Notes under the pieces: model-generated
What the model saw: only the letters and a program-made list of their open reading frames with translations
What the model was told of the DNA's origin: nothing
The model's database searches: none
Position numbers and translations under genes: made by a program
Shown here: one piece after another, positions 50,080 through 62,300 of the stretch
Layout of the letters: every line of letters begins with the position of its first letter
Position numbering within the stretch: position 1 is the stretch's first letter
DNA from: Vicugna vicugna
Lineage: Eukaryota
Reading direction: 5' to 3'
Assembly (NCBI GenBank): GCA_013265495.1
Contig: MU058065.1
Coordinates: forward strand, 1,449,527 to 1,513,526
DNA: 64,000 nucleotides

Positions 50080-53000
50080 AAGCCATTATGTGGTTGCTAT
50101 TCAATCAATTTGAAAAATGTATCTTTTTATCTTTAGGAGGCAGTGGTTTCCGGGCTGTAACCTTGGCCACGTCTTTTGGCTTCTTTGGGTTTTAGTTTCC
50201 TTGTCTTTAAAACCAGAAGGTTGGATAACCAAGACCTCTAAAGGTGCATTATTCCTAAAAGATCTAGGAAGTTGTTATTCTTTTTTAAGAGGTTTTCATA
50301 GAGGATAACTTTTTTTCATTTTAATAACACCATTATGGATTATTGATTAGAAGAGCTGATTTTAGCAACTAGAAGAAAGGCTCCGGATGAGCTACCACCA
50401 GCTTTGCATTTCAGCAATGAAAGTGGTCGCACAAAGTGGTTATTTGAGGATGCAATGGTGGGGATAGCAATCTATACACACAAAGGGTGAGGCAGTGGCA
50501 TCAGCATTGGCAAAAGAACAGCCAATAGCGGCGAAGGTGGGCAGGACAGGTTCTTCCAACCTGGTGGAGGCTCAGAGGGAAGCGTGTCATCTCATTTCCC
50601 GCTTTCTGTCCCTGCAGAGATCCGCAGGACCCATCTGCTTTAAGGGCGTGGGGTCTCTGGTTCCCATGCCCAGTCTTTGTTAACTGAAGCTCTCTGGCTT
50701 AGCGTCTGTCCCAGGTTCCTCTTAGCACCCACGTGACTACAATATAGGCAAGGACAGGACGGGGGAGTTTGAACTGCCCTCCAGGCTCCACACCTTCTCC
50801 CTGTAATCAGAAAGCAGCAAGACCACTCTTTTTCAAGTTCTGTCCCTGGCACCTCCTTCTCACACCTTAGAAAGGTAATGTGATATATCTCTGCCCAGGT
50901 ATGAATCAACTATACTTAAATTTTAAAAAAAAAAAGATGGCAAGGCTGATCAATATGGGACATTTTTAGGAGGGGCAGGGTCTAATTATGCCCTGAGTAG
51001 AATTTTTTGTTTGTTGATGCTGTTGATAATAATGATGATAATAAAATCAATAACAATAAAAACTTGAAAAGAAAAGAAAAGACAGCAAAGCCTTCCTTCT
51101 CAGATTGTTCTCCTAGCAACCTGATCCCTAATGAGGTCCAGCGTATTTCGTTCAGCAGTTAGAAGTCAACGGCAGTTAAAGACAGAAGATGGCCATGGAC
51201 TTGAATTCATGCCAAAGTGTAAACCCGTTCCCCAGCAGGTGTACGTTGGAAAGAGCCTTTAGGATAGAGGAGCGTATGAATGGGAGACTTGTGCCAGAAA
51301 TAATTTTTCATCCTTTAGTGGTAGCTCGTCTGATACCTGTCACGTAAACCGCAGTTTACATGGCATTTGCCCCTGTTGCCTCTCCTGGACCAGGAGGATG
51401 GGGTGGTGTTTTGCCCTCACGTTTCCAAAACCCTGAGAGACCCGCAGGCCAGGCACTGTGCTTATGGTTTCCCTGTTTCCAGGGCAGCAAAACATCTGGC
51501 ACGTAGTAGGTGTCTGCTGAATGCTTGTTCCACGTAAGAAAGAACGTCATCCTTGGAGATGGCAGAAGTACAGGTTAGGCAGGTGAGAGAAAATCCAAGT
51601 GCCTGGTTCACAGGAAAGATTCTCAGGTGTCCTGGGGAAGAAACACTTCGTCAGTAAAGTACGTGCATACGGTATCTACTTGGTCGTCACTGACTGAACT
51701 GAAGTAACCTGGACAGAATTGAATCCAAGATACCCGCTGAAGGCTATTCAAAGATTTAAAAAAAAAAACACAAACCAGTTACAATGTTGATTGGCATGAA
51801 TGGATGCTCTTAAATAAGACTTAGCCACAGGAACAGGTGTTAGTGTTGCCCCGACACCAGCTCCTCCCCTTGTGGGCATCTTGGTGGCGCACACAGACCT
51901 CACTGTCTGGCCGGGGAGGTGACTGTCATTCCCTTGGATGCTGTTAGCCGTCACGAGGCTGGGAGAGAATGAAGCTCTGAGCCGGCTGCAGAAGATGATT
52001 GATTAAAATTCAGGAAGTGTGGGCGACAGAGTTTTGACAGCCGTCCGTTCCCAGCCCCATGATGGAGAGCAGTTTACGTTTTCAAGAAAACCCTTAATGA
52101 ATCACCAGAGCTGTACGATTTTATCAGGGACTGTGAGGGCTATTTTAGTTCTTAAAAACTGTGCTGCTTTTCTTTCGGTCAAAGAGCAGCCCTGATCCTG
52201 TTTCAGAGGATTGCGAGAATGGTGCTCTAAGTGTTCTTTTTAATTCCAATTTTCATCTAATAGTCTCTTTTTGCAGCAGTACTTTGAAAACCTTCATTAA
52301 ATTAATAACTCAAACTATAGAAAATAATAAAAAAAAAACCAGTGATCACCCATAATCTCACTGCCCACTGGGAACCACTTTTGGTGTGTTAATTTGAAAC
52401 ATTTGTCTGTTTACAAAAATACTCTTTGACACACGTTTATGCTAATATCAAATATTTAAATTTTTAATGTGTGTTAAGGGATTCAAGCTAAATTTCATCC
52501 TGAGAATTCTTTTTTTTTTCCCCTCAGTGTTTATGTACACCAACACCACATGAAATGCACGTTGGGTTAAGGAAAGAGAAATTGTGGTCCGTTTCTTGGC
52601 ATCTTACAGAAGTAAATGTGTAGACCTGAAGGAAAACTTAGTCTAAAGTGGATAGAGAAGCTGAGTCACAGGGAGGTTTAAGTGGACATGGATGGGGTGA
52701 CAGAGCAAGGCCATGACAATCTCTAGCCCGGAGCCTTTTCCCCCTTGACCCAGTACACCATCAGCAGCCGTAAGAATAACTTAACAACGTCCAGTAAAAG
52801 TGAATCAGCCTTAAGCCTAGTAGAGCACTACCTTCAGAGGAGTTTAAATGGTACCCATGCTCGTAACCTGAGCGTGGACACACAGCTGACGTCTTGAACA
52901 GTTGAGGTGGGTATTACCTGTCTCTGCTGAGAGCCTGTGACCTGTGTTTGGTTGAAGATGCGCGCCTCTGACTTGTGAGCGCAGGGCAGGGCGCCCTTGT

Positions 53001-53153
53001 GCCCTTGGGCTTAAGTCTTTCCTATCAGCTGACATGATGCCTTTGGTCACCACCTCTAGTGATCTGAAAGGCGACTTGTGATCTCAGAGCCCAAAGAAAT
53101 GATCAGAGCTTGGCTGAGTCTGGACTTCTGTGAATCTGTAGAGATACAAACAC

Positions 53154-53705
53154 TGTCACTTCTATTGCTGCCATAACAAAATTACTACAAATGTGTGATA
53201 TGACTAGCGCAGATGTGTTACCGTACTATGATGCAGGTAAGAGGTCCTGCAGGGTTCTCACTAGGCTAAATCAGGGTGCCGGCAGGGCCGTGTCCTCTTC
53301 TGCAGGCTTGAAGAGAAAATGTGTTTCCTGCTCATCTGGGTTGTTGGCAGCAGAATTCCTCGTGACTGTAAGGCCTGTTTTCTTGCTGGATGTAAACTGA
53401 GGGCCATTTCCAGCTTCTAGAGGCCACTCCATTCCTTGGCCACAGCCATTCTGCCATCTTTAAAGCCAGCAATGGTGGGTCAGGTCCTGCATGTTTCACA
53501 TCTCTCTGACTCACTCTTCTGTTTTCCTCTTTTGCTGTGAAGGACTCATGTGATTAGATGGAGGCACCTAGATAATGCAGGACCATCTCCCCATCTCAAT
53601 GTCCTTAACGTTAATCACATTTGCGAAGTCCCCTTCTCCAGGGAAGCTGGCGTATCCCCAGGTTCTGGAGATTAGGATGTGGACATCTTTGGGAAGCCTA
53701 CCACA
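53154..53705 (-). mobile_element. MaLR LTR (MLT1D/E-like)
   Basis: tctattgctgccataacaaaattac...ttccagcttctagaggcc...ttaatcacatttgcgaagtccc...gattaggatgtggacatctttggg...ctaccaCA. Confidence 0.85.
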
Positions 53706-54400
53706 TGTATATTTAGAAGGCTTATTAAAAGGATGAATTCCTCCCCAAGTACTGTGTTCTGATCCTAACACAAAGTGGAGGAAACTGTGTTTTCTTAAAG
53801 ACCAGAGTTCAGTTCCAAAACCTGACACTTTTCATTGGTGTGGTCTTGATTAAGTTAACAAACCTTACCTTTCTTTTCTCCCTGTAAAATAGGGAGATAC
53901 GAAGTTCCCATGAGGATCAAATCACAGCATGCTTTAGAGTTTTCTAAGCTACTTACTTTCATGTTCATTGTCAGGGTTGTCATCTATCTAAGAAAACATT
54001 GCTCATTTGCTTTTGTGCCCATCCTTCTAAGAATGGACATCTTGGAATGAAGATCACCATGACTCAGTAGACCATAGACTGTCACCAAACGTGGCTGTCA
54101 TGGGGCCTCCTCTGGGCATTCAGGGGACTTTGAACTCTATCAGAGATCTGCTTAGAGCCTAGTCTCTGACCAGTCCTCCTCATTTTGTTTATATGAGAGT
54201 ATCCATGGTAGATCTCAAACTCACCAGACCCTGAACTTCCTTCTCCATGTTTTCTTTAGTATCATCCACTGAGGAGTCTGGTGATCAGCACCAGATGAGC
54301 TATCTGCAATTTGTGTGCACAGACTCAATGACCATGACTCAGAAAGATGGGCTGAAACTCTCTTTTATCATTTAACCTAATGGTTAAAAGAACCATTTAA

Positions 54401-54536
54401 GGAGGGAGGGTATATAGCTCAGGGGTAGAGCTCATGCTTGGCATGCACGAGGTCCTGGGTTCAATCCCCAGCACCTCCATTAAATAAATAAGTAAATAAA
54501 TAAACCAAATTACCTCTGCCCCAAAAATTTTTTAAG
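54401..54536 (+). mobile_element. tRNA-derived SINE of the camelid Vic-1 type
   Basis: A box (tagctcaggggtagag), B box (gggttcaatccc), (TAAA)n-type tail and aattacctc terminus. TSD aaaagaaccatttaa / aaaataaccatttaa at 54386-54400 and 54537-54551 (14/15). Confidence 0.9.
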
Positions 54537-54689
54537 AAAATAACCATTTAACACAAGCAGTTTTACTCAAAATAGCATTTTTGACTCCTTAGCAAGCAGA
54601 GACTCAAGTCTATTTTTGGTCACAGAAGTGTGGATCAGGTATTCCTCAATATATTTTCAGTTCACAGAATACACTGAGAGGAGACGGAC

Positions 54690-55700
54690 CACTTAATGTT
54701 GGGGTTCACCAGGGATCGAGCTTTAACCTTCTTCTCTCTGCCTTTCCCTCAAAACACCTCCCCCTGTGGTTCCTCGTCTCCCGCAGACTCAGCCCTCACT
54801 CGGCACTGGTGCTTCCAACTTCGTCTCCACTCTGCTCTGCTTCTGAGCTCTGCCCGTTGATACCTCTGTCCTGGAGCACCCCAGTTACTTCAGGCTCAAC
54901 AGGATCCTTTGCTAACACTTGTTTACTTGCCTCCTAAATCTGTTTTATTTCTTCCTGAGTTTTCCCTTAGTCTCAAACTGAAACTGTGCTGCATTCTTCC
55001 CACTCCCTGCCACCCCTCGTCGGATCCTACTCCACATGCTGACAGTTCTGCCTCCTAAATATTTCAGTATTAATGATACTCTCCAGCCTTAATGATCTTG
55101 GCAAGTCCCTTGCGATTCCTCCCCCAAATTGTCTTTTGCAATGTTGGTGACATTTTTTTTCCAGCCTTCTAACTAATCACCTTCCCGTCTCTGGTCTCCC
55201 CACCCAGTCATCACCGTCCACAGTTGGTCTGTCTTATCTACAGTTCTGATCATGATGCATTTCTTCCTGAGTGCTACTAATGCTCCCAATTACGGCTCCA
55301 AGGGATTAAGTCTCACGTGGTTCCAATCTACCCTTCCAGCCTCACGTTCTAGCAGGTTCTTTCCTCACTGCATACTATATCCACTTAAAGTTCTAGGCAT
55401 TCCCCACGTATGTCATGCACTTTCGTACCACCAGCTGCGCCGGGTACCCTCTCCTCCTTTCCCTTCTTGTTCAGCTCCTGCTTTCAAGACCCAACTACAA
55501 GTTTCTTCCTTCCTGGTTACCCTCCCCTGAGTCCATACGCGGACGTGGAGTCTCTTCCTCTCCTGTGTTTCCCTAGCACTTCTTGAATATGTGAATTACT
55601 TTTCATTGTAACTGTTTAGTTGTCTCACTTCACTGGACAGTTTTATTATACAGTTTTATTATAATGTAATAAACAATTCTTGGTTAGATGGATGGAGAGA
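54690..55700 (+). mobile_element. L2 LINE fragment
   Basis: Pyrimidine-rich L2 body (cttaatgttggggttcaccaggg...ttctgcctcctaaatatttc...tttcaagacccaactacaagtttcttccttcc). Confidence 0.65.
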
Positions 55701-56278
55701 TGTATGTGCATATTTAGAGTTCTTTTAAACCTTCTGATCACGCCATGTCCTTTTGAAAGGGAAATGCACTGCAGATATTGGAGTGCAAGAGAAACAATAA
55801 GGCATTATCTTTCTTTTCCTTACTTAGATGTTTTAAATATTACCTAGCTTTGGAAATAATCGCTGGGCATTCAGTCTCATGCTTCTGAAAAAAAAATGAA
55901 ACGGGTTCAGAAATTTTTGAAAAGGGCCCATTTTAATTACTGCCTTTCAGTGAAAGGGATGTGACTGTGAGGAAAAATTGCATTTTAGGTCTGCGAATTC
56001 TTTATTTTTCTAACTGCACACCTTATCATTTCCCATTGGAATTTTTAGCTCCTTGAACATTTCTAACATTTCTAAATGTTTTTTTTCTAGTTGCAATGGA
56101 TTATAATAAATTGTACATTAATTTTTTAAATGAATTGTCCAGTTTGCTGGGGAAAATGTGGAGACCTTAAATTGCCCTGTTGCTAACACTGGACGTCTTT
56201 AATCTAATAGTTCCAGACCCCAGCCTCCCTTTGCTGCCTGGGTCAAAGGCCTGGAAGCCACCTTTGAGCACATGGTGG

Positions 56279-56770
56279 TGTTACTGAACCAAACTTGGGT
56301 CCATGTGCGAAGTAAAGCCAATCTACTGACACTGGGTTGTGGTGAAGGGAAGTGCAGCGTTTATTATAAGGCACTGTATGTCAGAATGGGTGGCTCGTGC
56401 TCAAAAACCCTGAATTCCCCAAAGGGTTTCAACAAAGCATTTTTAAAGGCACAGTTGAGGGAGGGGCATCCCAGAATATGTGCTCAGCTTGTGCACAACT
56501 AATTTTCTGGTTCGTTGATGGTGAGGTAACAGGGCAGTGTCACAGGAGTTAGTATCATCCATCCTTACACACCAGTAGGTCTGGGGACTGTGTGCTCATT
56601 GAGTAGTTTTTTTTTTTTTTTCCATTTGGTGGTGGTTTTAGCATTTGTAAAACAACTCAGGAAATGTGCATCAGATATGATTATCTGCGTACTTCAGAGA
56701 GGAGCTAAGCAGAGGATATGGGGGACAGGTCTGTCCCAGGAAAGTCCCCCCCAGGTCCTGCTCAGTTATA
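56279..56770 (-). mobile_element. Solo LTR, ERV1-like
   Basis: Starts TGTTACtgaaccaaact (similar to the 45966 LTR start) and ends ctcaGTTATA (decayed GTTACA). Antisense AATAAA (gtttatt ~56359). Flanks gtgg/gtgt. Confidence 0.7.
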
Positions 56771-57069
56771 GTGTGAAACATCGTCTGAAAGCCACTTTCC
56801 CATCCCAGAGAGCCCCCTTCTTCCTCACCTGTCTTCTCACACATCCTTTCCTCAAGGAACCCTTCTCTCACCTCCAGCCAAACCTTAGTAAGTGTGAATT
56901 GCACTGGGTGCCCGCCTCCTATGGCAAATATTGCTTTCCTGTTTTTAAATTATAAAATAGTTTACATGTACAAGAATATCTAAAATGTATGTTTACTCCA
57001 GAAGTTTACTCCAAAAGAAACTATTGCTTATAAAATGCTCACCATCCATTCCCCTGCTTCCCTTGTGTT

Positions 57070-57780
57070 TTTACTTTTTTATTTTGAAGAACATTCAGAT
57101 TTTTTTTAAGTAAAAATAGTGTAAAAAATCCCATATACCCTCTCACCCAGATTCCCTGAATCTTAACATTTTACCACATTTAAAATTAATCCTTCCCTCT
57201 CCAATCTCTTTTTGTCTCTGTTTCTCTGTCTCTTTAACACACACACACACACACAATTGTTTCCTTGAAACGTTTGAGACTAAATTGCATATGTGATGCC
57301 CTTTCACCTCAAAACACTTCAGGTATGTATCTTAAGATAGATCTCTTACTTACCTATAATATAATGGTCAAAATCAAGAAACTAACATTGATACAATAAT
57401 AGTATCTAATCTATAGACCTTATTAAGATTTTGCCAATTGGTCCGTGATTTTTTTTTTCCCTAGTCCAGGATCCAAGGCTGATGTTGCATTTAGCTGTCT
57501 TATCTCTTTAATTTTCTTTAATCAGGAAAAGTCTCTCCGTCTTTCTGTGTCTTTCTTGTCCTCAGCACTTTGAAAGGTCCATTGCTTTGTAGCATGGCTG
57601 TCAGTCTGGTTTTAGACAGATGTGTTCTCATGATTAGATTCAAGCAGTGCTGTTTGGGGCAAGTATGTCACAGCAGCCATGGGATTTCCTCAGTGCACCT
57701 GTTGGGGGTACAGGATGTCAGTTTGTCCCATTGCTGATCACTTATTTAGGATGCTGTCTGCCAGGTTTATCCTTTAAAGT
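57070..57780 (-). mobile_element. Old L1 (L1MC-like) 3' region
   Basis: cccatataccctctcacccagattccc...ttaacattttaccacatt...tcaaaatcaagaaactaacattgatacaata...gatgtcagtttgtcccattgctgat. Confidence 0.8.
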
Positions 57781-57791
57781 GACTAGCTTCC

Positions 57792-58161
57792 TGCCTTAGT
57801 CAGCTCGGGCCACTGTAACAAAATGCCATAGACAAGGGGGCTTAAATAACATTTATTTCTCATAGTTCTGAAGGCTGGGAAGTCCAAGATCAAGGCACAG
57901 GCAGATCTAGTGTCTGATGAGGGTCCTCATCCTCATTTGCACAATGCTGTGGTCTCAGTGCATCCCCACGTGATGTAGACCTGAGAGGGGAGCAAGCTCT
58001 CTGTTGTCTCTTATGAGGGTGCTCATCCCATCACGAGGGCTGCACCTCCGTGACCCAGTTACCTCCCAAAGGTCCCATCTCCTACTATCATCACATTGGG
58101 AGGTTAGGGTTTCAACGTAAGAATTCGGGGTGGGGGGAACACAAGCATTCGGGCCATAGCA
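57792..58161 (-). mobile_element. MaLR LTR (MLT1A-like)
   Basis: TGccttagtcagctcgggcc...atttatttctcatagttctgaaggctgggaagtccaagatcaagg...cattcgggccatagCA. 5-bp TSD cttcc/gttcc (4/5). Confidence 0.9.
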
Positions 58162-59314
58162 GTTCCCTCTGTAATTGACCAGGAACTCGTGGGGAGACCT
58201 TCTGAGACGCCCCTCCTTCCTCATACTTTAGCCTCTGATTTTAGCATCTGGAGATGATACTTTCCGGAAGCAGCTGCTGCTGCGGATGGACAGTTAGCTT
58301 GTTTCCATGTTTTTGCTTTGTTGCTTGCTGTTTTAAATCTCCTGGTGCACACAGGCAGGGACTTCCCTAGGGCACGCCTTCTTCAGCTGTAGCAGCCGTA
58401 TAAACAGAGCCCCTTTTTGTGTGTTTACTGACTATTCTTGTTTCCTTTTCACACTGATAATTTAGTGTATATTGGGGAGATCTGTGTTTACATCAGCACG
58501 TGTTCCAAAAATGATGACGATGTTGAGATGTTGTTTCGCAGAGGAAACTTTTTTGACTTCATTTAAGTTGCGTTTTGAAATTTCATTAGCATTTTCTCGG
58601 AACGATATGGTTAATTAGGATCAGCCCCGTTTTATCAAGAAGTTCATAGACTTCACTCCTCACTACCTTAGTGTCCTGTATTAAATTCTCATAGTGAGAT
58701 TCACAACAATAAATATAAGCAGGTCTCTCCATTTAAGAAAAGTCCGTGTAGTTGAACTTCTGCCCAAATCTAGGGACAAAAGGCCACAGAATGTCCTGAA
58801 CCCAAGCATGTCTTGTGAAAATATTTTGTTCAAATCAAACTGAATGACACAGTATGAAATGTCTTACTCATTCTGTTTGAGTTATAATAAACATAGAGCC
58901 TGGAGGTTCAAATTTTTCCAGGCACAATTTCTGGTGGTAGTATATAGCTTTTATGTTAGAAGATTCTTTTTGACTTTCAGTTTAGGTTAAGAGTTAAGTT
59001 CTACACTTGAATGAAAATGTGTGGTTGTGCAAGTGAGTTGGGTGGCAGAAGAATGACATTTTTGCTGTTGCAGGGCTGCTGTTGATCAGGATGGTGACTT
59101 AGAACTGGGTGTGGGAACCCAATGGTATGGATTCTGTTTGGCAAAATCAAACCATCAAGGAATAGGTGACAGGGCCCTGCAGAAGTAGAACATGAAACTC
59201 TGACCCAACCAGAGAAATTGGTTTAGAATGGGTGAGTGACTTTCTCAAGATTACATAATTTCAAATGGTAGAGCTCCAGAACTCACAATCTTAGCTACTC
59301 TGTTGTAAATATTC

Positions 59315-59338
59315 TGTGTGTGTGTGTGTGTGTGTGTG
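59315..59338. repeat. (TG)12 microsatellite
   Basis: Perfect dinucleotide run. Confidence 0.95.
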
Positions 59339-62300
59339 GACATTACAATGTCATGCATTTTAGAGCCTAATGGTAAAAATGCATAATTAGGAAAATGCAG
59401 TTTTTAATGTTATTGAGTATAGAATCCAACCTGACTTATGTTCTTTTGTCACTTAATGGAAAAGCAATTTCTACAAAAGTTCATTTAAAAAACTTACTGA
59501 AATGAAAATATTCACCACGGTGTAGAACAGCCTATTTAATTTACTGGGTCCCATCTTCGCATCATGTGGCAAACTTCCAGGTGACTCGAGTTCCCGAAGG
59601 AACCGTTTCAGTTTTGTTGTACTGACATGACAGTTTATCTGTATGAGTGGTCTTAAGAATCCTGAAGAACACAGACACTCAAATTTGTGTGTCTTCGAGA
59701 AAAGCTGGGAGAGAAATAAACAAAATAACAACAGATCCTGTGACTCTTTCTTCTACCTTCTATCCCAGCTGAATTAGGAAATCAAACTGCAAATTCAAAA
59801 AAGCTGAAATCTACCAACATATATGACTGTTACAGGAAGCATCTCGGCTCTAAGTGCTGGATGTGCAGACCTCACCCACCGCAGAACAAAATGAATCACC
59901 CCCGAGGGTGCAGGGTCTTCGGGGACATCCTTCTGGGAGTTTCTGTTTTTCCCATTTCTCCCACTTCCTTAACAACATGTTTTAAACACATAGAATTCAT
60001 TCAGATAAACAGGAGGGGCAGTTTTGAGTGGGGAAATAGTTGTAAACGGATGTCCTGGGGTGGACAGGTAGGGGCCATCGGTGTGGGTGAGGAGACATTG
60101 GTATCTGCGTAGCTTTAGTGGAGATGAATGATTGATGAAATAATGATTTACTTACTGTTTAATCAATTGCCTATTACTGTTGTCAAGTTCTCTGATGGAC
60201 ACAGGATATCCTGCTGACCGGGACACTTACGTCCCTGCCACCTTGGTTGAGCAGCACAGGACAAAGCTCTGGAACTCCCCTCACCTTCGGCAAACTCCCC
60301 TGACTCTTGCCCAGCCCTCCCCACAAGTGTCATTCTTGAAACAAACTGCTGATTGTTTTCTCTGTGCAGATGTGTTTCAAACCAGTGACTATAAACAATC
60401 TATTTCTGTGTCATGTAGGCATTCTGTCACATTTTATGGAGCTGTTTTTGTACAAGTGCAAGAGAGGTGTGGATGGGTCTGAAACATGAGATTCTTGGGA
60501 ATCTAAACCAATTTCATTTTCTTGAATACAAGGAAATGCTCTAGTGTGTATTAGAAATTAGCCTGTCCTAAATGACAGCAAGTGTTGTTTCGTTCATCTC
60601 AGGTTTAGATGCTTGCGGCACATTTTTAGAAAATTACATCATCATATGATTGCCATCAAGGTGACAGATTGTCCCTTAGATTCTTAAAATAGCGTCCTCT
60701 ACTCAGAGGAGAGAAACCCTGTAACATACACTACAGCAGTCGGTGTCACTTTTGTTCATCCAAATAATGTAATAAAGTATGATTTGGGGAGAACAATCAA
60801 AATAAAACAAAGTGTAGGGGAAAGTTGCTTCTGAGATATGGTATCTTGCTGGGTTAAGTTGTTTGGCGGAAGATATATTCCTTGCTTCATGATAAGCTCA
60901 TGATTTCTCTGCTGCTTTGCCAGTGTGTTCACCATGTTTTATGTTGGCCTTTGCTTTGACTCATCTGTCCTGCTCTACAGAATATATTGACCACAGATGA
61001 ACATACGTGTATGTCTTACTCTTAACAAAATGTCAAGGAGATAAAGTTAGAATTGTTATGACTCCCCTTTAAAAAATATTACACACTTTAATGTCAATTT
61101 CAAGACTATTGACTGACTAACGACATTACTAACGTGCTTATTCCTGAAGAGGAGAGCAAATTAACATTCAATTGTAGGCAGCTTCAAATTGTGAAACTCA
61201 TAAATGTTATCCAGGGACTCCCTGCGTAACACTTGCAGACAGATAGCTGTGGTTATGATGAGTCTGCCTCTCTGACTGAGCTGGATTCAGGAAGAATTAA
61301 GAAGCAAAACAGCATCGGGACGGCAGATATGCTGGTAGTTGGCACCTGCGTCTTCAGGGCTTCAGGTTGTTGGTTTCAGGTTGTTGGTTTCGCTTTGTCA
61401 ATTGGTCACGTCACCTGACTGAAAGCATGGGAACTTGCCTAAATTATGCTCAGATTTTGGCTGCTTGATCCTTAGCTTAATAATCATGAACTCAGTAGAC
61501 TGTGCTTTGCGGAATGAACACTGAACGTGAAAAACCTGCCGTCTTTTGGTTCACCCTCACCTTCCAGCTGATACCAAAGCCAGAGCGAAGGGCTGTGTTT
61601 GAGACGGAGCTCCCAGCGATGAGAGGACAAGCCCTCTGTTTGAGAATGGAAGATTTGGTGGCAGAGAAATGTGGCGCAGGCCACTGTGTTTGACCAAAAA
61701 CAGGAGGCACTGAACGGCTGGAGCCAAATGAAAGCCGGGAGGGAGTAAATGCCAGGAGTATAAAAATGGGTTTAAAGAAAACCAGGCAGGAGCCAGGGGA
61801 TGCTGAAGTGGGACTGGCTTGAGGATTTGTATCTTAGCCAGGAAGAAAAAAAAAATTTTACCCCGCTCTCTTGAGCTTTGAAGTTGCCAACTCCCAAATC
61901 CACAGTTGTCCTCTTTTTAGTTAACCATGACCCTCTGCTGCAGGTCCTGGCAACCTGGAGCTTGTCTTAGTTGGGGAGTGTGGCGTTTCTCCATAGCTGT
62001 TCAGGAAACTCCCACATCATGTGGTCAGTGTAACTGCCTTATACTCATGCAGAATCCCACACATCACTGCAGGGATCCTGAGGAGATGGAGGGCCACACA
62101 GGCAGAGACCCTGACCACATTAGATGACTGATCTCCACCGCAGCCCAGCCCGTGAGGCTGTTCTCTCTCCTTGCCTCCATAATCACCAAAGCGTTCTGGA
62201 CAATTCGAAAGGAAAGGTTAGAAAAATGGAGAGCCACTCAAAAATAGATTGTGGCTAATTGGTAACAGAGCTTTGCATACATTTACCTGACAGCTTGGAA

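Noticed and set aside
54401..54480. tRNA gene
   Set aside because: The tRNA-like head has an A-rich tail and TSD and an imperfect acceptor stem; it is a SINE.
44563..55646. Short direct repeats (17-bp tandem at ~44563, ggtcagctttaact x2 at 46636/46657, acagttttattat x2 at ~55638)
   Set aside because: Ordinary slippage-scale duplications with no further structure.
45966..56770. Full provirus bounded by the two ERV1-like LTRs
   Set aside because: The LTR interiors are not near-identical, and the interval has no primer-binding site or gag/pol/env; it contains older host repeats.
60345..60460. Possible exon after the acceptor gattgttttctctgtgcAG
   Set aside because: No good donor downstream and no recognisable peptide.
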